Below are positions 45,624-55,032 of a stretch of DNA of 64,000 nt, piece after piece (within the stretch, counting starts at the first letter, position 1; each line of letters begins with the position of its first letter). The position numbers were made by a program, and so were the translations under genes. Where the stretch lies: assembly GCA_036726225.1 (NCBI GenBank), contig DAIMCS010000002.1:123743-187742 (forward strand). Reading direction: 5' to 3'. Origin of the DNA: Patescibacteria group bacterium. GTDB taxonomy: Bacteria; Patescibacteriota; Doudnabacteria; UBA920. The notes below the pieces were generated by a model. That model was not told the DNA's origin. It saw nothing but the letters and a program-made list of their open reading frames with translations, and made no database searches.

Positions 45624-46166
45624 ATGCTTAAATTTATTACCGGAAATAAAGGTAAATTTAAAGAAATAGAAAAGTCTTTCCTGCCGTTAAAGTTAAAGCA
45701 GGAGAATATTGATTTGGAGGAAATTCAAGAAATAGACGTCGGTAAAATTATAAGACACAAAGTTCAGCAGGCTTTAAAACATCATGAAGCTAATTTTTTT
45801 GTGGAAGACACGAGTTTGTATTACGAGGCTTTAAAAAACAAATTGCCGGGGCCGTTAATAAAATGGTTTTTAGACGCACTCAAGCCCAAGGGTTTGTATG
45901 AAATGGCAAAAAAGCTCGGAAATACCAAGGTTGAACTTAAAAGCGTGGTGGCTTATGTGGACCAAAAAAAGAAGGTCCATTTTTTTGAAGCATCAACTAA
46001 GGGCATATTGGTAAAGCCAATAGGGACTAACGGTTTTGGACTCGATCCGATTTTTAAACCTTCAGGGTATCAAAAGACTTTAGCGCAAATGTCAGTTTTC
46101 GAGAGGCCAAAGTTTAGCCCTCGCGCAAAAGCAGTCGCAAAGCTTAAAAAATTTCTGTTACAATAA
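45624..46166 (+). CDS. rdgB: Non-canonical purine NTP pyrophosphatase (Ham1/RdgB family)
   Basis: FITGNKGKFKEIE and FFVEDTSL motifs. Confidence 0.8.
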   Translation: MLKFITGNKGKFKEIEKSFLPLKLKQENIDLEEIQEIDVGKIIRHKVQQALKHHEANFFVEDTSLYYEALKNKLPGPLIKWFLDALKPKGLYEMAKKLGNTKVELKSVVAYVDQKKKVHFFEASTKGILVKPIGTNGFGLDPIFKPSGYQKTLAQMSVFERPKFSPRAKAVAKLKKFLLQ

Positions 46167-46198
46167 AGTAAGGTAATCGTTATAGCAATATATTAGAT

Positions 46199-48790
46199 AT
46201 GAAAAATGTTAGATTGCCAGCTTACATAAAACCCGAACGTTACCAAATTTTAATGAAACCTAATTTGGAGGGTTTTACTTTTGATGGTGAGGAAACAATA
46301 TATTTGAGGCTGGATAAATCAACACGCGAAATAGTTTTGCATGCAAAGGAATTAAAAATAGCTGAGGCATCGTATAAGGTATTAGGTATAACGTATAAAG
46401 GGAAGGTTTCTTATGATGTTAAAGCTGAAACGGCAGCATTTGCTTTCCCAAAATCCCTACCTAGAGGGAAAGGGGAATTAAAACTTTCTTTCAAAGGAAT
46501 TTTAAACGACCAAATGCGCGGGTTTTACCGGAGCCGCTACACCCACGAGGGCAAAGAAAAGCATATGGCCACAACGCAGTTTGAAGCCACAGATGCCCGC
46601 AGAGCTTTTCCTTGTTTTGATGAGCCGGCACAAAAAGCGATTTTTGACGTAACTTTAATGGTGCCAAAGGGACTGACGGCCATCTCTAACACCATTGAAA
46701 CATCAATAGCCGAGCATGAAAGCGGTTACCAGGTTGTAAAATTTGCGCCTACGCCCAAAATGTCCACCTATCTTTTGGCATTTATAGTGGGGGATTTTGA
46801 ATTTATAGAAGGCTGGGCCAAACCATCCAAAATTTCACCCCCACCTAACCTCCCCCCTCAAGGGGGAGGAAAAAATAAAGGAACCTTAGTACGTGTATTC
46901 GTAACTCCGGGGAAAAAGCACCAGGCAAAATTTGCGTTGGGCACGGCCATTAAAATGCTTGAGTTTTATAATAAATATTTTGACATCCCATATCCTTTGC
47001 CGGTTTTGGATTTAATTGCAATTCCAGATTTTTCCCACGGCGCTATGGAAAATTGGGGCGCGGTAACTTACCGCGAATCTGCCCTCTTGGTTGACACTAA
47101 ATTATCATCCGCTGCTAACAAGCAATGGGTGGCTTTGGTTATTGCCCACGAGCTGGCCCACCAATGGTTTGGTAATTTGGTAACCATGGAATGGTGGACC
47201 CATTTGTGGCTTAACGAAGGGTTTGCATCTTATATAGAATATTTGGCAGTTGACCATCTTTTTCCTAAATGGGACATTTGGACGCAGTTTGCCGCGCACG
47301 ATTTAAACCCGGCCTTAGAACTCGATTCGCTAAAGCACACCCATCCTATAGAGGTGGAAGTCCGCCACCCCGACGAGATTGGTGAAATTTTTGACGAAAT
47401 TAGCTACAGCAAAGGCTCAAGTGTTATTCGTATGCTGGCCGGTTACTTGGGTAAAACAGATTTTCGTGACGGCCTGCGTTATTATTTAAAAAAACATTCC
47501 TACAAAAATGCTTCCACTATAGATTTGTGGGAAGCTTTTGAAAAAGTGTCGAAAAAACCCGTCAGCGCGCTTATGCAAAATTGGACAGGCAAAGGCGGAT
47601 ACCCGGTAGTAAAAATTATTCAAAAACCGAAAAGTTTGCAATTTACCCAAAGCAGGTTTTTTTCTTCGCCCGTTTCCAAAAAGCAGGTAGGGGACAAAAC
47701 CGTTTGGCAGGTACCGGTGTCAGTTACGGGTGACGGGGTAGGGGTGACGGGTTATTTGATGGAAAAAAAATCTATGAGCATACCCAAACCAAAAGGGGAG
47801 TGGGTAAAAGTTAATTTTGGCGAAACAGGATTTTTTAGGGTTAATTACCCCTCTCAAATGCTTGCTGAGTTTAAACCGGCAATTAAATCTAAAAAATTGC
47901 CCTCAATTGACCGGTTGGGAATTATTAGAGACGCGTTTGCGCTTTCTGAAGCCGGAGATTTGCCGGCAGCCCGGGCGCTGGCTTTAACGAATGCTTATAT
48001 AACAGAAAACGATTATACAGTCTGGTTGCAGCTGGCTTCGTCTTTGGCGGACATAAAAATGCTCATTTTTGGCCAAAAGTATTATTTTTTATTTGAAAAT
48101 TACGCGCGCACTGTTTTTGAAAATGTAGGTAAAAAAGTCGGCTGGAAGGTAAAAGCAGGGGAAGGCCATACCGAGGCTTTGCTTAGAAGCTTGGTTTTGC
48201 ATCAGCTTGCTTCTTATAACCACGCGCCAACAATAAAAAAAGGTTTGCAAATTTATAAATCCAAGAATATTTCGGCAGATATAAAGAGCGTAGTTTACCA
48301 GATTGCGGCCCAGCAGGGAGGCGCAAAAGAACATCAAAAATTTATTCAAAGTTACAAAACAGAAAGCCTAAGTGAGGAGAAAAACCGAATTGGCCGCGCT
48401 TTGGGACAATTTACAAACCCGGGTCTTTTGAAAAAAAGTTTGCAGTTTGCCTTGTCCAAAGAAGTTAGGATCCAGGATACAGCCGGAATTTTTATGTCAG
48501 TCTGGAATAACCCGCAAGGAAGGCAAATAGCCTGGCAGTTTACCAAAAAGAGTTGGGGAGATTTGCTTAAGAGGTATCCATCGTCGGGGCATATGTTGTC
48601 TCGGTTCATAAAACCCGCAGGCAATTTTGTTTCTGCAAAAGATGCAAAAGACGTAGGCGCGTTTTTTAAAAAGCATAAAGCGCCGGGCGCCAAAAGGGCG
48701 GTTGAGCAGGTTTTAGAAAAAATTTACAGCCAGGACGCCTGGTTTTTGCGCGACGGCAAGCATATAGAAAATTGGTTGAAAAGTTTATGA
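46199..48790 (+). CDS. pepN: Aminopeptidase N (M1 family metallopeptidase) carrying two in-frame mini-element insertions
   Basis: GAMENWG exopeptidase motif; HELAHQWFGNLVTMEWWTHLWLNEGFA (HEXXH-18-E). Insertions at 46371-46400 and 46849-46869. Confidence 0.9.
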   Translation: MKNVRLPAYIKPERYQILMKPNLEGFTFDGEETIYLRLDKSTREIVLHAKELKIAEASYKVLGITYKGKVSYDVKAETAAFAFPKSLPRGKGELKLSFKGILNDQMRGFYRSRYTHEGKEKHMATTQFEATDARRAFPCFDEPAQKAIFDVTLMVPKGLTAISNTIETSIAEHESGYQVVKFAPTPKMSTYLLAFIVGDFEFIEGWAKPSKISPPPNLPPQGGGKNKGTLVRVFVTPGKKHQAKFALGTAIKMLEFYNKYFDIPYPLPVLDLIAIPDFSHGAMENWGAVTYRESALLVDTKLSSAANKQWVALVIAHELAHQWFGNLVTMEWWTHLWLNEGFASYIEYLAVDHLFPKWDIWTQFAAHDLNPALELDSLKHTHPIEVEVRHPDEIGEIFDEISYSKGSSVIRMLAGYLGKTDFRDGLRYYLKKHSYKNASTIDLWEAFEKVSKKPVSALMQNWTGKGGYPVVKIIQKPKSLQFTQSRFFSSPVSKKQVGDKTVWQVPVSVTGDGVGVTGYLMEKKSMSIPKPKGEWVKVNFGETGFFRVNYPSQMLAEFKPAIKSKKLPSIDRLGIIRDAFALSEAGDLPAARALALTNAYITENDYTVWLQLASSLADIKMLIFGQKYYFLFENYARTVFENVGKKVGWKVKAGEGHTEALLRSLVLHQLASYNHAPTIKKGLQIYKSKNISADIKSVVYQIAAQQGGAKEHQKFIQSYKTESLSEEKNRIGRALGQFTNPGLLKKSLQFALSKEVRIQDTAGIFMSVWNNPQGRQIAWQFTKKSWGDLLKRYPSSGHMLSRFIKPAGNFVSAKDAKDVGAFFKKHKAPGAKRAVEQVLEKIYSQDAWFLRDGKHIENWLKSL

Positions 48791-49401
48791 AGTTAGGAAT
48801 ATTCATTTTTATTTTGGCAATAGTCATCCCCGGAAAGCTTTTGGCGCAGGGGAGCCTTGAACCGTTAAGCATTGCACAACAAAAAACCATTGATTCCGAC
48901 AGCGACGGATTAAGCGATTATTACGAAATTTATGTTTACCATACTTCCATTAGCAACCCTGATACTGACCATGACGGTTTTTTAGACGGAGGCGAAGTAC
49001 AATTCGCTTTTGACCCTAACAAAAACGGGAATGACAAATTACAAAAAGAAATTGTAGTCACACTCGCTGACCAGAGTTTAAGTTATAAGCTGGGGGATTA
49101 CATTGTTGGTACTTTTAAAATTTCCAGCGGCAAAAAATATTTTTCCACACCATTGGGAGAGTTTTCGGTTTTGAAAAAAAGGCCGATTGTGGATTATGTA
49201 GGTCTTGGGTATAGCTATCCTAAAACCAAATGGAACTTAATGTTTAGGCCGGGCAGAGTGGGGAACTTTTATATTCACGGGGCATATTGGCACAACAATT
49301 TTGGCACGCCCATGAGCCATGGGTGTGTAAACGTTTCTTACGCTAATATGGAAGCGCTCTATAATTGGGCGGAAGTTGGCACAAAAGTCGTCATAAAATA
49401 A
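48772..49401 (+). CDS. L,D-transpeptidase (YkuD fold) with N-terminal signal peptide and Asp-rich Ca-binding-like segment
   Basis: Catalytic motif SHGCVNVS near the C-terminus; DSDSDGLSDYYE...DTDHDGFLDGGE. Confidence 0.8.
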   Translation: MVEKFMKLGIFIFILAIVIPGKLLAQGSLEPLSIAQQKTIDSDSDGLSDYYEIYVYHTSISNPDTDHDGFLDGGEVQFAFDPNKNGNDKLQKEIVVTLADQSLSYKLGDYIVGTFKISSGKKYFSTPLGEFSVLKKRPIVDYVGLGYSYPKTKWNLMFRPGRVGNFYIHGAYWHNNFGTPMSHGCVNVSYANMEALYNWAEVGTKVVIK

Positions 49402-49459
49402 AATATGGCAATTAGCAGCTTGGTCTGGTAAAATACTAGTATCTTGATGGGAGGGCGGT

Positions 49460-49615
49460 ATGCTAACAGATCCTGTTTGCGGTATGGGAGTCAGTGATGA
49501 AACAATGTTTAATTCGGTCCACGAAGGCTCGACGTACTTTTTTTGCTCTCAAGACTGTATGGATGAGTTTGAGCAAAACCCGGAGGAATATGAAACTGAA
49601 TCTGGCCACAAATGA
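49460..49615 (+). CDS. Unannotated 51-aa YHS/TRASH-type metal-binding domain protein (below ORF-track cut-off)
   Basis: Translation MLTDPVCGMGVSDETMFNSVHEGSTYFFCSQDCMDEFEQNPEEYETESGHK shows the DPVCGM...Y.FCS..C...F YHS signature. GGGAGGGCGG SD upstream and a terminator (49627-49667) downstream. Confidence 0.7.
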   Translation: MLTDPVCGMGVSDETMFNSVHEGSTYFFCSQDCMDEFEQNPEEYETESGHK

Positions 49616-49743
49616 GGCAGCCGTAAGCGGGAAGCAGCGTTTAGCTGCTTCCCGCACTTTCTTTTTTAAGCATTGCCAAAACCGCTGGTTTTGCTATAAT
49701 ATGCCAAGTATAAATCTGAGCTGTAAACATCGACCCCCTCATC

Positions 49744-49795
49744 TGTCCTGCCAAAGGCAGGACATCTTCTCCCGCTAGGGGAGAAGATAATAATG
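49744..49795 (+). repeat. Twin-hairpin mini-element (tgtcctgccaaaggcaggaca + cttctcccgctaggggagaag + ATAATAATG); its terminal ATG is the annotated secD start
   Basis: Same architecture as 38767-38815 in murB. Confidence 0.75.
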
Positions 49796-51319
49796 AATGC
49801 TATGCATCCAAAACTTAAGATATTTCTGCCGCTATTTGCCATTTTAATTATTACCGCAGCGGCTGTCTGGATAAACCTGCCGCAAGGTTCAAAAATCAAC
49901 TTAACCAAGCTTAAAATCCCTTACAATAAGGAGTTTAGGGTGCGTTTAGGTTTGGACTTGCAGGGCGGTAGCCGTTTGGTTTACCAGGCCGACTTTAAAG
50001 ATATAAAATCGGAAGACCAGGCAGACGCGCTTAACGCCATTCGCGACACAGTTGAGCGCAGGGTTAACAGTTTTGGTGTCAGCGAACCACAAGTGGTGGT
50101 AACCGGCACGGACAGAATTATTGTTGAGCTTCCCGGCATAAAAGATATTAATGAGGCAATAAACCAAATTGGTCAAACACCGTTTTTGGAATTTAAACTG
50201 GCAAACCCAAATCCCACTTCGGCGTCTTTGGATGAGTCGGGCCAGGCAGTTATTAATTCAGATGACCAGTGGATCGCAACCGGACTTTCGGGCAAGCAGC
50301 TTTCCAAAGCAACTGTAGATTTCCAGCAGGGAGCAGGCATAAGCAGCCAGGTGGTAGTGCGCCTGCAATTTAACGACGAAGGTAAAAAACTTTTTTCCGA
50401 AATTACATCGGCTAATATTGGTAAACAAATTGCCATATTTTTAGACGGCCAAATACTTTCGGCCCCCACCGTGCAAACCGCAATTACTGACGGCGTGGCG
50501 ATTATTAGCGGCAACTTTAAAATTGAGGATGCCAAAGAATTAGCAACGCGCTTAAACAGCGGCGCTTTGCCGGTGCCCATTAAACTTATTTCGCAAGAAA
50601 CCGTGGGCGCAACTTTGGGCAAGGAATCGGTCCAGAAATCCGTGGCCGCGGGGCTTATTGGTTTGGTAATGATAGTGCTGTTTATGCTAATTTATTACCG
50701 TCTGCCCGGGCTGCTTGCCGCCATAGCTTTGCTTATTTACGCCGTTGTTTCGTTTGCCGTCTTTAAGATCGGCATATCATTTACCGCTGTGGTTTTAGTC
50801 GGCTTGTTTTTCTTTTTAGGTTTAACCGTAAGCACGTGGTTTGGCGGCCTGGCCCTGTTAAGTTATATTGGGTTGATATTTTTAGGGGGGCTTTCCCCGG
50901 TGACTCTGACTCTAGCCGGCATTGCAGGTTTCATTTTGTCCATTGGTATGGCAGTAGACGCCAACATTTTAATTTTTGAAAGGTTAAAAGAAGAAATTCG
51001 CGCCGGTAAAGAAATCCACAAAGCAGTGGATGACGGTTTTGCCAGGGCATGGCTCTCCATCCGCGACTCTAACGTGTCCAGCCTTATTACCACCGCAATT
51101 TTATATGTTTTCGGCACCCCGAGCATAAAAGGTTTTGCAGTTACCTTGGGAGTCGGTATTTTAATTTCTATGTTTACAGCAATTACAGTCACCCGCACGT
51201 TTTTGAAAATTTTTGTGGGCAACACAATTTTAAGCCATCCTTGGCTGTTTGGAGTAGGTAGAGTAAAATCTAACAGCCAAGATCCAAATACCAATCAATC
51301 TCCAAATATTAATATTTAA
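49793..51319 (+). CDS. secD: Protein translocase subunit SecD
   Basis: Large periplasmic domain plus C-terminal 6-TM region; immediately upstream of secF. Confidence 0.9.
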   Translation: MNAMHPKLKIFLPLFAILIITAAAVWINLPQGSKINLTKLKIPYNKEFRVRLGLDLQGGSRLVYQADFKDIKSEDQADALNAIRDTVERRVNSFGVSEPQVVVTGTDRIIVELPGIKDINEAINQIGQTPFLEFKLANPNPTSASLDESGQAVINSDDQWIATGLSGKQLSKATVDFQQGAGISSQVVVRLQFNDEGKKLFSEITSANIGKQIAIFLDGQILSAPTVQTAITDGVAIISGNFKIEDAKELATRLNSGALPVPIKLISQETVGATLGKESVQKSVAAGLIGLVMIVLFMLIYYRLPGLLAAIALLIYAVVSFAVFKIGISFTAVVLVGLFFFLGLTVSTWFGGLALLSYIGLIFLGGLSPVTLTLAGIAGFILSIGMAVDANILIFERLKEEIRAGKEIHKAVDDGFARAWLSIRDSNVSSLITTAILYVFGTPSIKGFAVTLGVGILISMFTAITVTRTFLKIFVGNTILSHPWLFGVGRVKSNSQDPNTNQSPNINI

Positions 51320-51370
51320 AATTTTTATCTTGTTTGGTTTTTGTGATTTGATATTTGTTACTTACTAAAT

Positions 51371-52264
51371 ATGTTCAACACTTTAAAATACTACAAACTT
51401 TGGTTTATTATTTCCGGCCTAATTTTGCTTTTTGGTATTGTCTCTCTTTCGGTCTACGGTCTTAAGTTAGGCATAGATTTTACCGGCGGAACTGAAATTC
51501 AGCTCCAATTTAACAACCAGGTGGATATAGGCAAAGTCAGGGAGGCTGCCACTTCCCAAAACATAGGCCACTTCCAAATCCAAACCACCGGCGAAAATGG
51601 GCTTATAATAAAAACCCCGCCTATTGAAAAAGAACAACACGACAAACTGCTTGAAGAAATAAAAAAACAGGCCGGCGATTTTTCCGAGATCCATTATGAC
51701 TCCATTGGCCCGCTTATTGGCAGTGAGTTGAAAAAAAATGCCTTTTTGCAATTATTGTTTGTGTCTTTAGGTATTATTTTTTACATTGGTTATGCTTTCC
51801 GCAAAGTAAGCAAGCCCGTGACTTCCTGGCGCTTTGGCGGAGCGGCAATTATTGCGCTTTTCCACGACTTACTTTTTGTGCTCGGCGTCTTTTCCCTCCT
51901 GGGCCACTATAAGGGCGTGGAAATTGACAGTTTATTTGTGACCGCTATGTTAACCGTGTTGGGTTTTTCAGTTCATGACACAATTGTTGTCTTTGACCGA
52001 ATTCGAGAAAATTTAAGGGTTTACCCGGGACAGGGGATAGAGTTTGTGGTCAACCATAGTATTGCCCAGACTTTAGTCAGGTCACTAAATACTTCACTCA
52101 CAGTTTTGTTCGTGTTATTTAGCTTACTATTGTTTGGCGGAGAAACCATAAGATATTTTGTCCTGGCGTTGTTTATAGGTATTATAGTCGGAACTTATTC
52201 ATCGATATTCATAGCCAGTCCGGTTTTAGTACTTTGGCAAAAATGGAAAACCAGGCAGTTGTAA
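51371..52264 (+). CDS. secF: Protein translocase subunit SecF
   Basis: LGIDFTGGTEIQ motif; 6 TM. Confidence 0.9.
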   Translation: MFNTLKYYKLWFIISGLILLFGIVSLSVYGLKLGIDFTGGTEIQLQFNNQVDIGKVREAATSQNIGHFQIQTTGENGLIIKTPPIEKEQHDKLLEEIKKQAGDFSEIHYDSIGPLIGSELKKNAFLQLLFVSLGIIFYIGYAFRKVSKPVTSWRFGGAAIIALFHDLLFVLGVFSLLGHYKGVEIDSLFVTAMLTVLGFSVHDTIVVFDRIRENLRVYPGQGIEFVVNHSIAQTLVRSLNTSLTVLFVLFSLLLFGGETIRYFVLALFIGIIVGTYSSIFIASPVLVLWQKWKTRQL

Positions 52265-52291
52265 AAACCCCCTAAAAATAGGGGGTTTTTT
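52264..52291 (+). terminator. Terminator hairpin aaaaccccctaaaaatagggggtttttt after secF
   Basis: G5/C5 stem plus T-run, followed by taataat. Confidence 0.75.
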
Positions 52292-52444
52292 AATAATCAG
52301 AAATCAGGCGCAGGGACTATTTACAAAACTCCTTTTAAATAAGACATTATTCGCCCATTTAATTGACAATAATTATAATTTTGTGCTATACTATGGGAAA
52401 TTAATTTTTTCACTTAATTTCCTTTTTCCAGCTTTTTAAATTTT

Positions 52445-53530
52445 ATGGGCATCCTCGACACCATTATTCATACCAAACAAACCGAAAGTTTAAGCCAATT
52501 TAGCCCGTCTGACGTGGTTAAAGAGGTTTTGGAATTGCTTAAAGAGCGTGACAGGAAAATTTTAATAAACCGTTACGGCCTTGAAGGCGGAGAAATAAAA
52601 ACTTTGGCTTCCATTGGCCAGGAGCATAATTTAACCCGCGAACGCGTAAGGCAAATTGAAAAAGATTTAATTAAGAATTTAAAGAAAACCAGTTTGCAAA
52701 AAAAGACATTTGCAGACGCTAAAGATTTTTTGCTGAACATTATTACTGAACACGGCAGGATTATAGCCGAAGAAAGCCTGCTTTTGCATTTGAGCATAAA
52801 AGAGCAAAAAGAACGCAATGCGCTTATTTTTATTTTGCATTTAATTGAAGAGTTGGACCATTTTATCCACCAAAACTATAAAAAGTCCTGGGTGAACGTG
52901 CTTTTTAAAGAAGATTTATTGCACAGTTTTTCCGACGAAAGCAAGAAAGTTTTAGGTGACCAAAATAAGCCCTTGCCGGCGGACGAGTTTTTGGAACATT
53001 TTAAGCAAACCCAGTTTTACCAGGAGCACAAAGAAGACTTAACTGACAAAATTGTTTTAAATTATTTGGAATTGACCGTCCACATACAAAAAAATGTGTT
53101 TGGCCATTGGGGACTTTCTTTATGGAAAGAAGTTAAGCCCAAAGACGTTGGTGACAAAGCTTATTTGGTCATGAAGCACCATAAGCAGCCCGAACATTAC
53201 GCCCAAATTACCGAAATGATTAACAAAGCCAAGTTTGACGCGCGTCCCGCTTACAAAGAAACTGTGCATAATGAACTTATTAAAGATCCGCGTTTTATTT
53301 TAATTGGCCGCGGCATTTACGCCCTTTCTGAATGGGGCTACAAACCCGGCGTAGTTGCCGACGTAATTGCTGAAATTTTAAAGCATTCCGGCCAGCCCGT
53401 GCCAAAAGACAAAATTATTGAAGAGGTATTAAAACGCCGAATGGTGAAAAAGAACACCATATTAGTCGGCCTTTCCAACAAAAAGCTGTTTAAAAAGGTA
53501 GGTAAAAACGCTTACGCATTAGTGGCCTAA
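52445..53530 (+). CDS. Sigma-70 region-4-like HTH domain protein with large uncharacterised C-terminal domain
   Basis: ILINRYGLEGGEIKTLASIGQEHNLTRERVRQIEKDLIKNLKK resembles the sigma factor region 4 HTH; no regions 2 or 3 recognisable. Confidence 0.55.
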   Translation: MGILDTIIHTKQTESLSQFSPSDVVKEVLELLKERDRKILINRYGLEGGEIKTLASIGQEHNLTRERVRQIEKDLIKNLKKTSLQKKTFADAKDFLLNIITEHGRIIAEESLLLHLSIKEQKERNALIFILHLIEELDHFIHQNYKKSWVNVLFKEDLLHSFSDESKKVLGDQNKPLPADEFLEHFKQTQFYQEHKEDLTDKIVLNYLELTVHIQKNVFGHWGLSLWKEVKPKDVGDKAYLVMKHHKQPEHYAQITEMINKAKFDARPAYKETVHNELIKDPRFILIGRGIYALSEWGYKPGVVADVIAEILKHSGQPVPKDKIIEEVLKRRMVKKNTILVGLSNKKLFKKVGKNAYALVA

Positions 53531-53641
53531 GTCCGCTGAATTAACGCGGATAGGAACGCCGAAGAATCGCGGAAAAAATTTTCAGCGTGTGATCAGCGTC
53601 CTCATCAGCGACTCATCTGCGGTATCAGAAATAAAAACGAA

Positions 53642-54994
53642 ATGGAAGTAATAAAAGACATTTTCCCAAATTTTTTTGAAATTTTCCACCTAGCCTTCAG
53701 GTTTATGTTTGAGTATTACGGGTGGGTGCTTTTTGTTATTGGCTTTTTTGTAATGTTCAAACATGAGTACGTGGAAGAAATCCAGGGGCAATTTGTAAGG
53801 AGCACGGAGTGGGTTTTTTTGCAGATTTTAGTGCCTAAGGAAAACAAAACCAGCACACTGGCGGTGGAAAATATTTTCGCGCAAATGCATGTTTTGCATA
53901 GGGGCTTGACCTTCCAGGAAAAATATACAGAAGGCAAATTCCAGCTTTGGTATTCCCTGGAAATTGCGTCTTTTGGCGGCAAGGTTTCTTTTATTATCCG
54001 CACGCCCAAAAAATCGCAGCATTTAGTGGAATCGGCTTTTTATTCCCAATATCCAAACGCGGAAATCCACGAAATTTCCGATTATATGGAAAATTTTAAT
54101 TTAAGCCCGTATGACGATAATACCGAATACGACTTTTTTGGGACTGAATGGAAAACCACCGAAGACAGCGTCATCCCGATTAAAACTTATAAAGATTTTG
54201 AGCATCCATCGGCCGAGGAAAAAATTATTGACCCGCTGACTAATTTAATTGAAACCATGGAACGGGTAAAACCCCATGAGTTTTTAGCGCTGCAAATTTT
54301 AACCCAGCCTATTCAAAACAATGAATGGGAAGACAAGGCAAAAAATAAAATTAAGGAGCTGACAGGGGAAGAAATGGAGCATGGTTTTAGTTTTTTGGGT
54401 TTGCTTATGAAACCTTTTGACTGGTTTGCTAAGTTTAGTTATAAAGAGTTGTTCCAAAGCCATGCGCATGAAAATCCGAATGCCAACAAACCCAGGAACA
54501 ACTGGCTAAATATGACAGAAGCGGAAAAGAAACGTGTTACTTTAATTGAGGAAAAAATTAACAAACCTTGCTATAACTCAAAAATTAGACTCTTGTATAT
54601 TGCGCCTAAGAACGATTTTGACAAAGGCAGGCGTTTTGAATTAATAGGCGCTTTAAGGCATTTAAGCCCCGGAGGCGGATCGGGCACGCATAACACCCTT
54701 AAAGCCGATATGAGTATTTGGACAAAAGTTGACCCGTATTTTTCGCCCGCGCTGGAGGGTCCGGTTATCCAAAGTATGACCAAGTCCAGGAAGTATTGGT
54801 TTTTAAGAGGCTATAAAGCTCGCAGTATGTATGTGGGTTCGCCAAAATTTTTATTGAGCGTAGAAGAGATTGCCACGCTTTTCCATTTTCCAATTACGCC
54901 CGAAGGCGGTATGACGCCGGCAAATGTGGGGACCGTGGCCAGTAAAACTTCGCGTCCGCCGGCAAACTTGCCTGTTGGGGATATAAACCAGTAA
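53642..54994 (+). CDS. Hypothetical protein with N-terminal TM anchor (450 aa)
   Basis: YYGWVLFVIGFFVMF helix; 38 nt upstream of the VirD4/TraD-like ATPase gene, same strand. Confidence 0.55.
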   Translation: MEVIKDIFPNFFEIFHLAFRFMFEYYGWVLFVIGFFVMFKHEYVEEIQGQFVRSTEWVFLQILVPKENKTSTLAVENIFAQMHVLHRGLTFQEKYTEGKFQLWYSLEIASFGGKVSFIIRTPKKSQHLVESAFYSQYPNAEIHEISDYMENFNLSPYDDNTEYDFFGTEWKTTEDSVIPIKTYKDFEHPSAEEKIIDPLTNLIETMERVKPHEFLALQILTQPIQNNEWEDKAKNKIKELTGEEMEHGFSFLGLLMKPFDWFAKFSYKELFQSHAHENPNANKPRNNWLNMTEAEKKRVTLIEEKINKPCYNSKIRLLYIAPKNDFDKGRRFELIGALRHLSPGGGSGTHNTLKADMSIWTKVDPYFSPALEGPVIQSMTKSRKYWFLRGYKARSMYVGSPKFLLSVEEIATLFHFPITPEGGMTPANVGTVASKTSRPPANLPVGDINQ

Positions 54995-55032
54995 TTCCCA
55001 CCAATATCTACTTTTAGTATAGGCAATAAATT

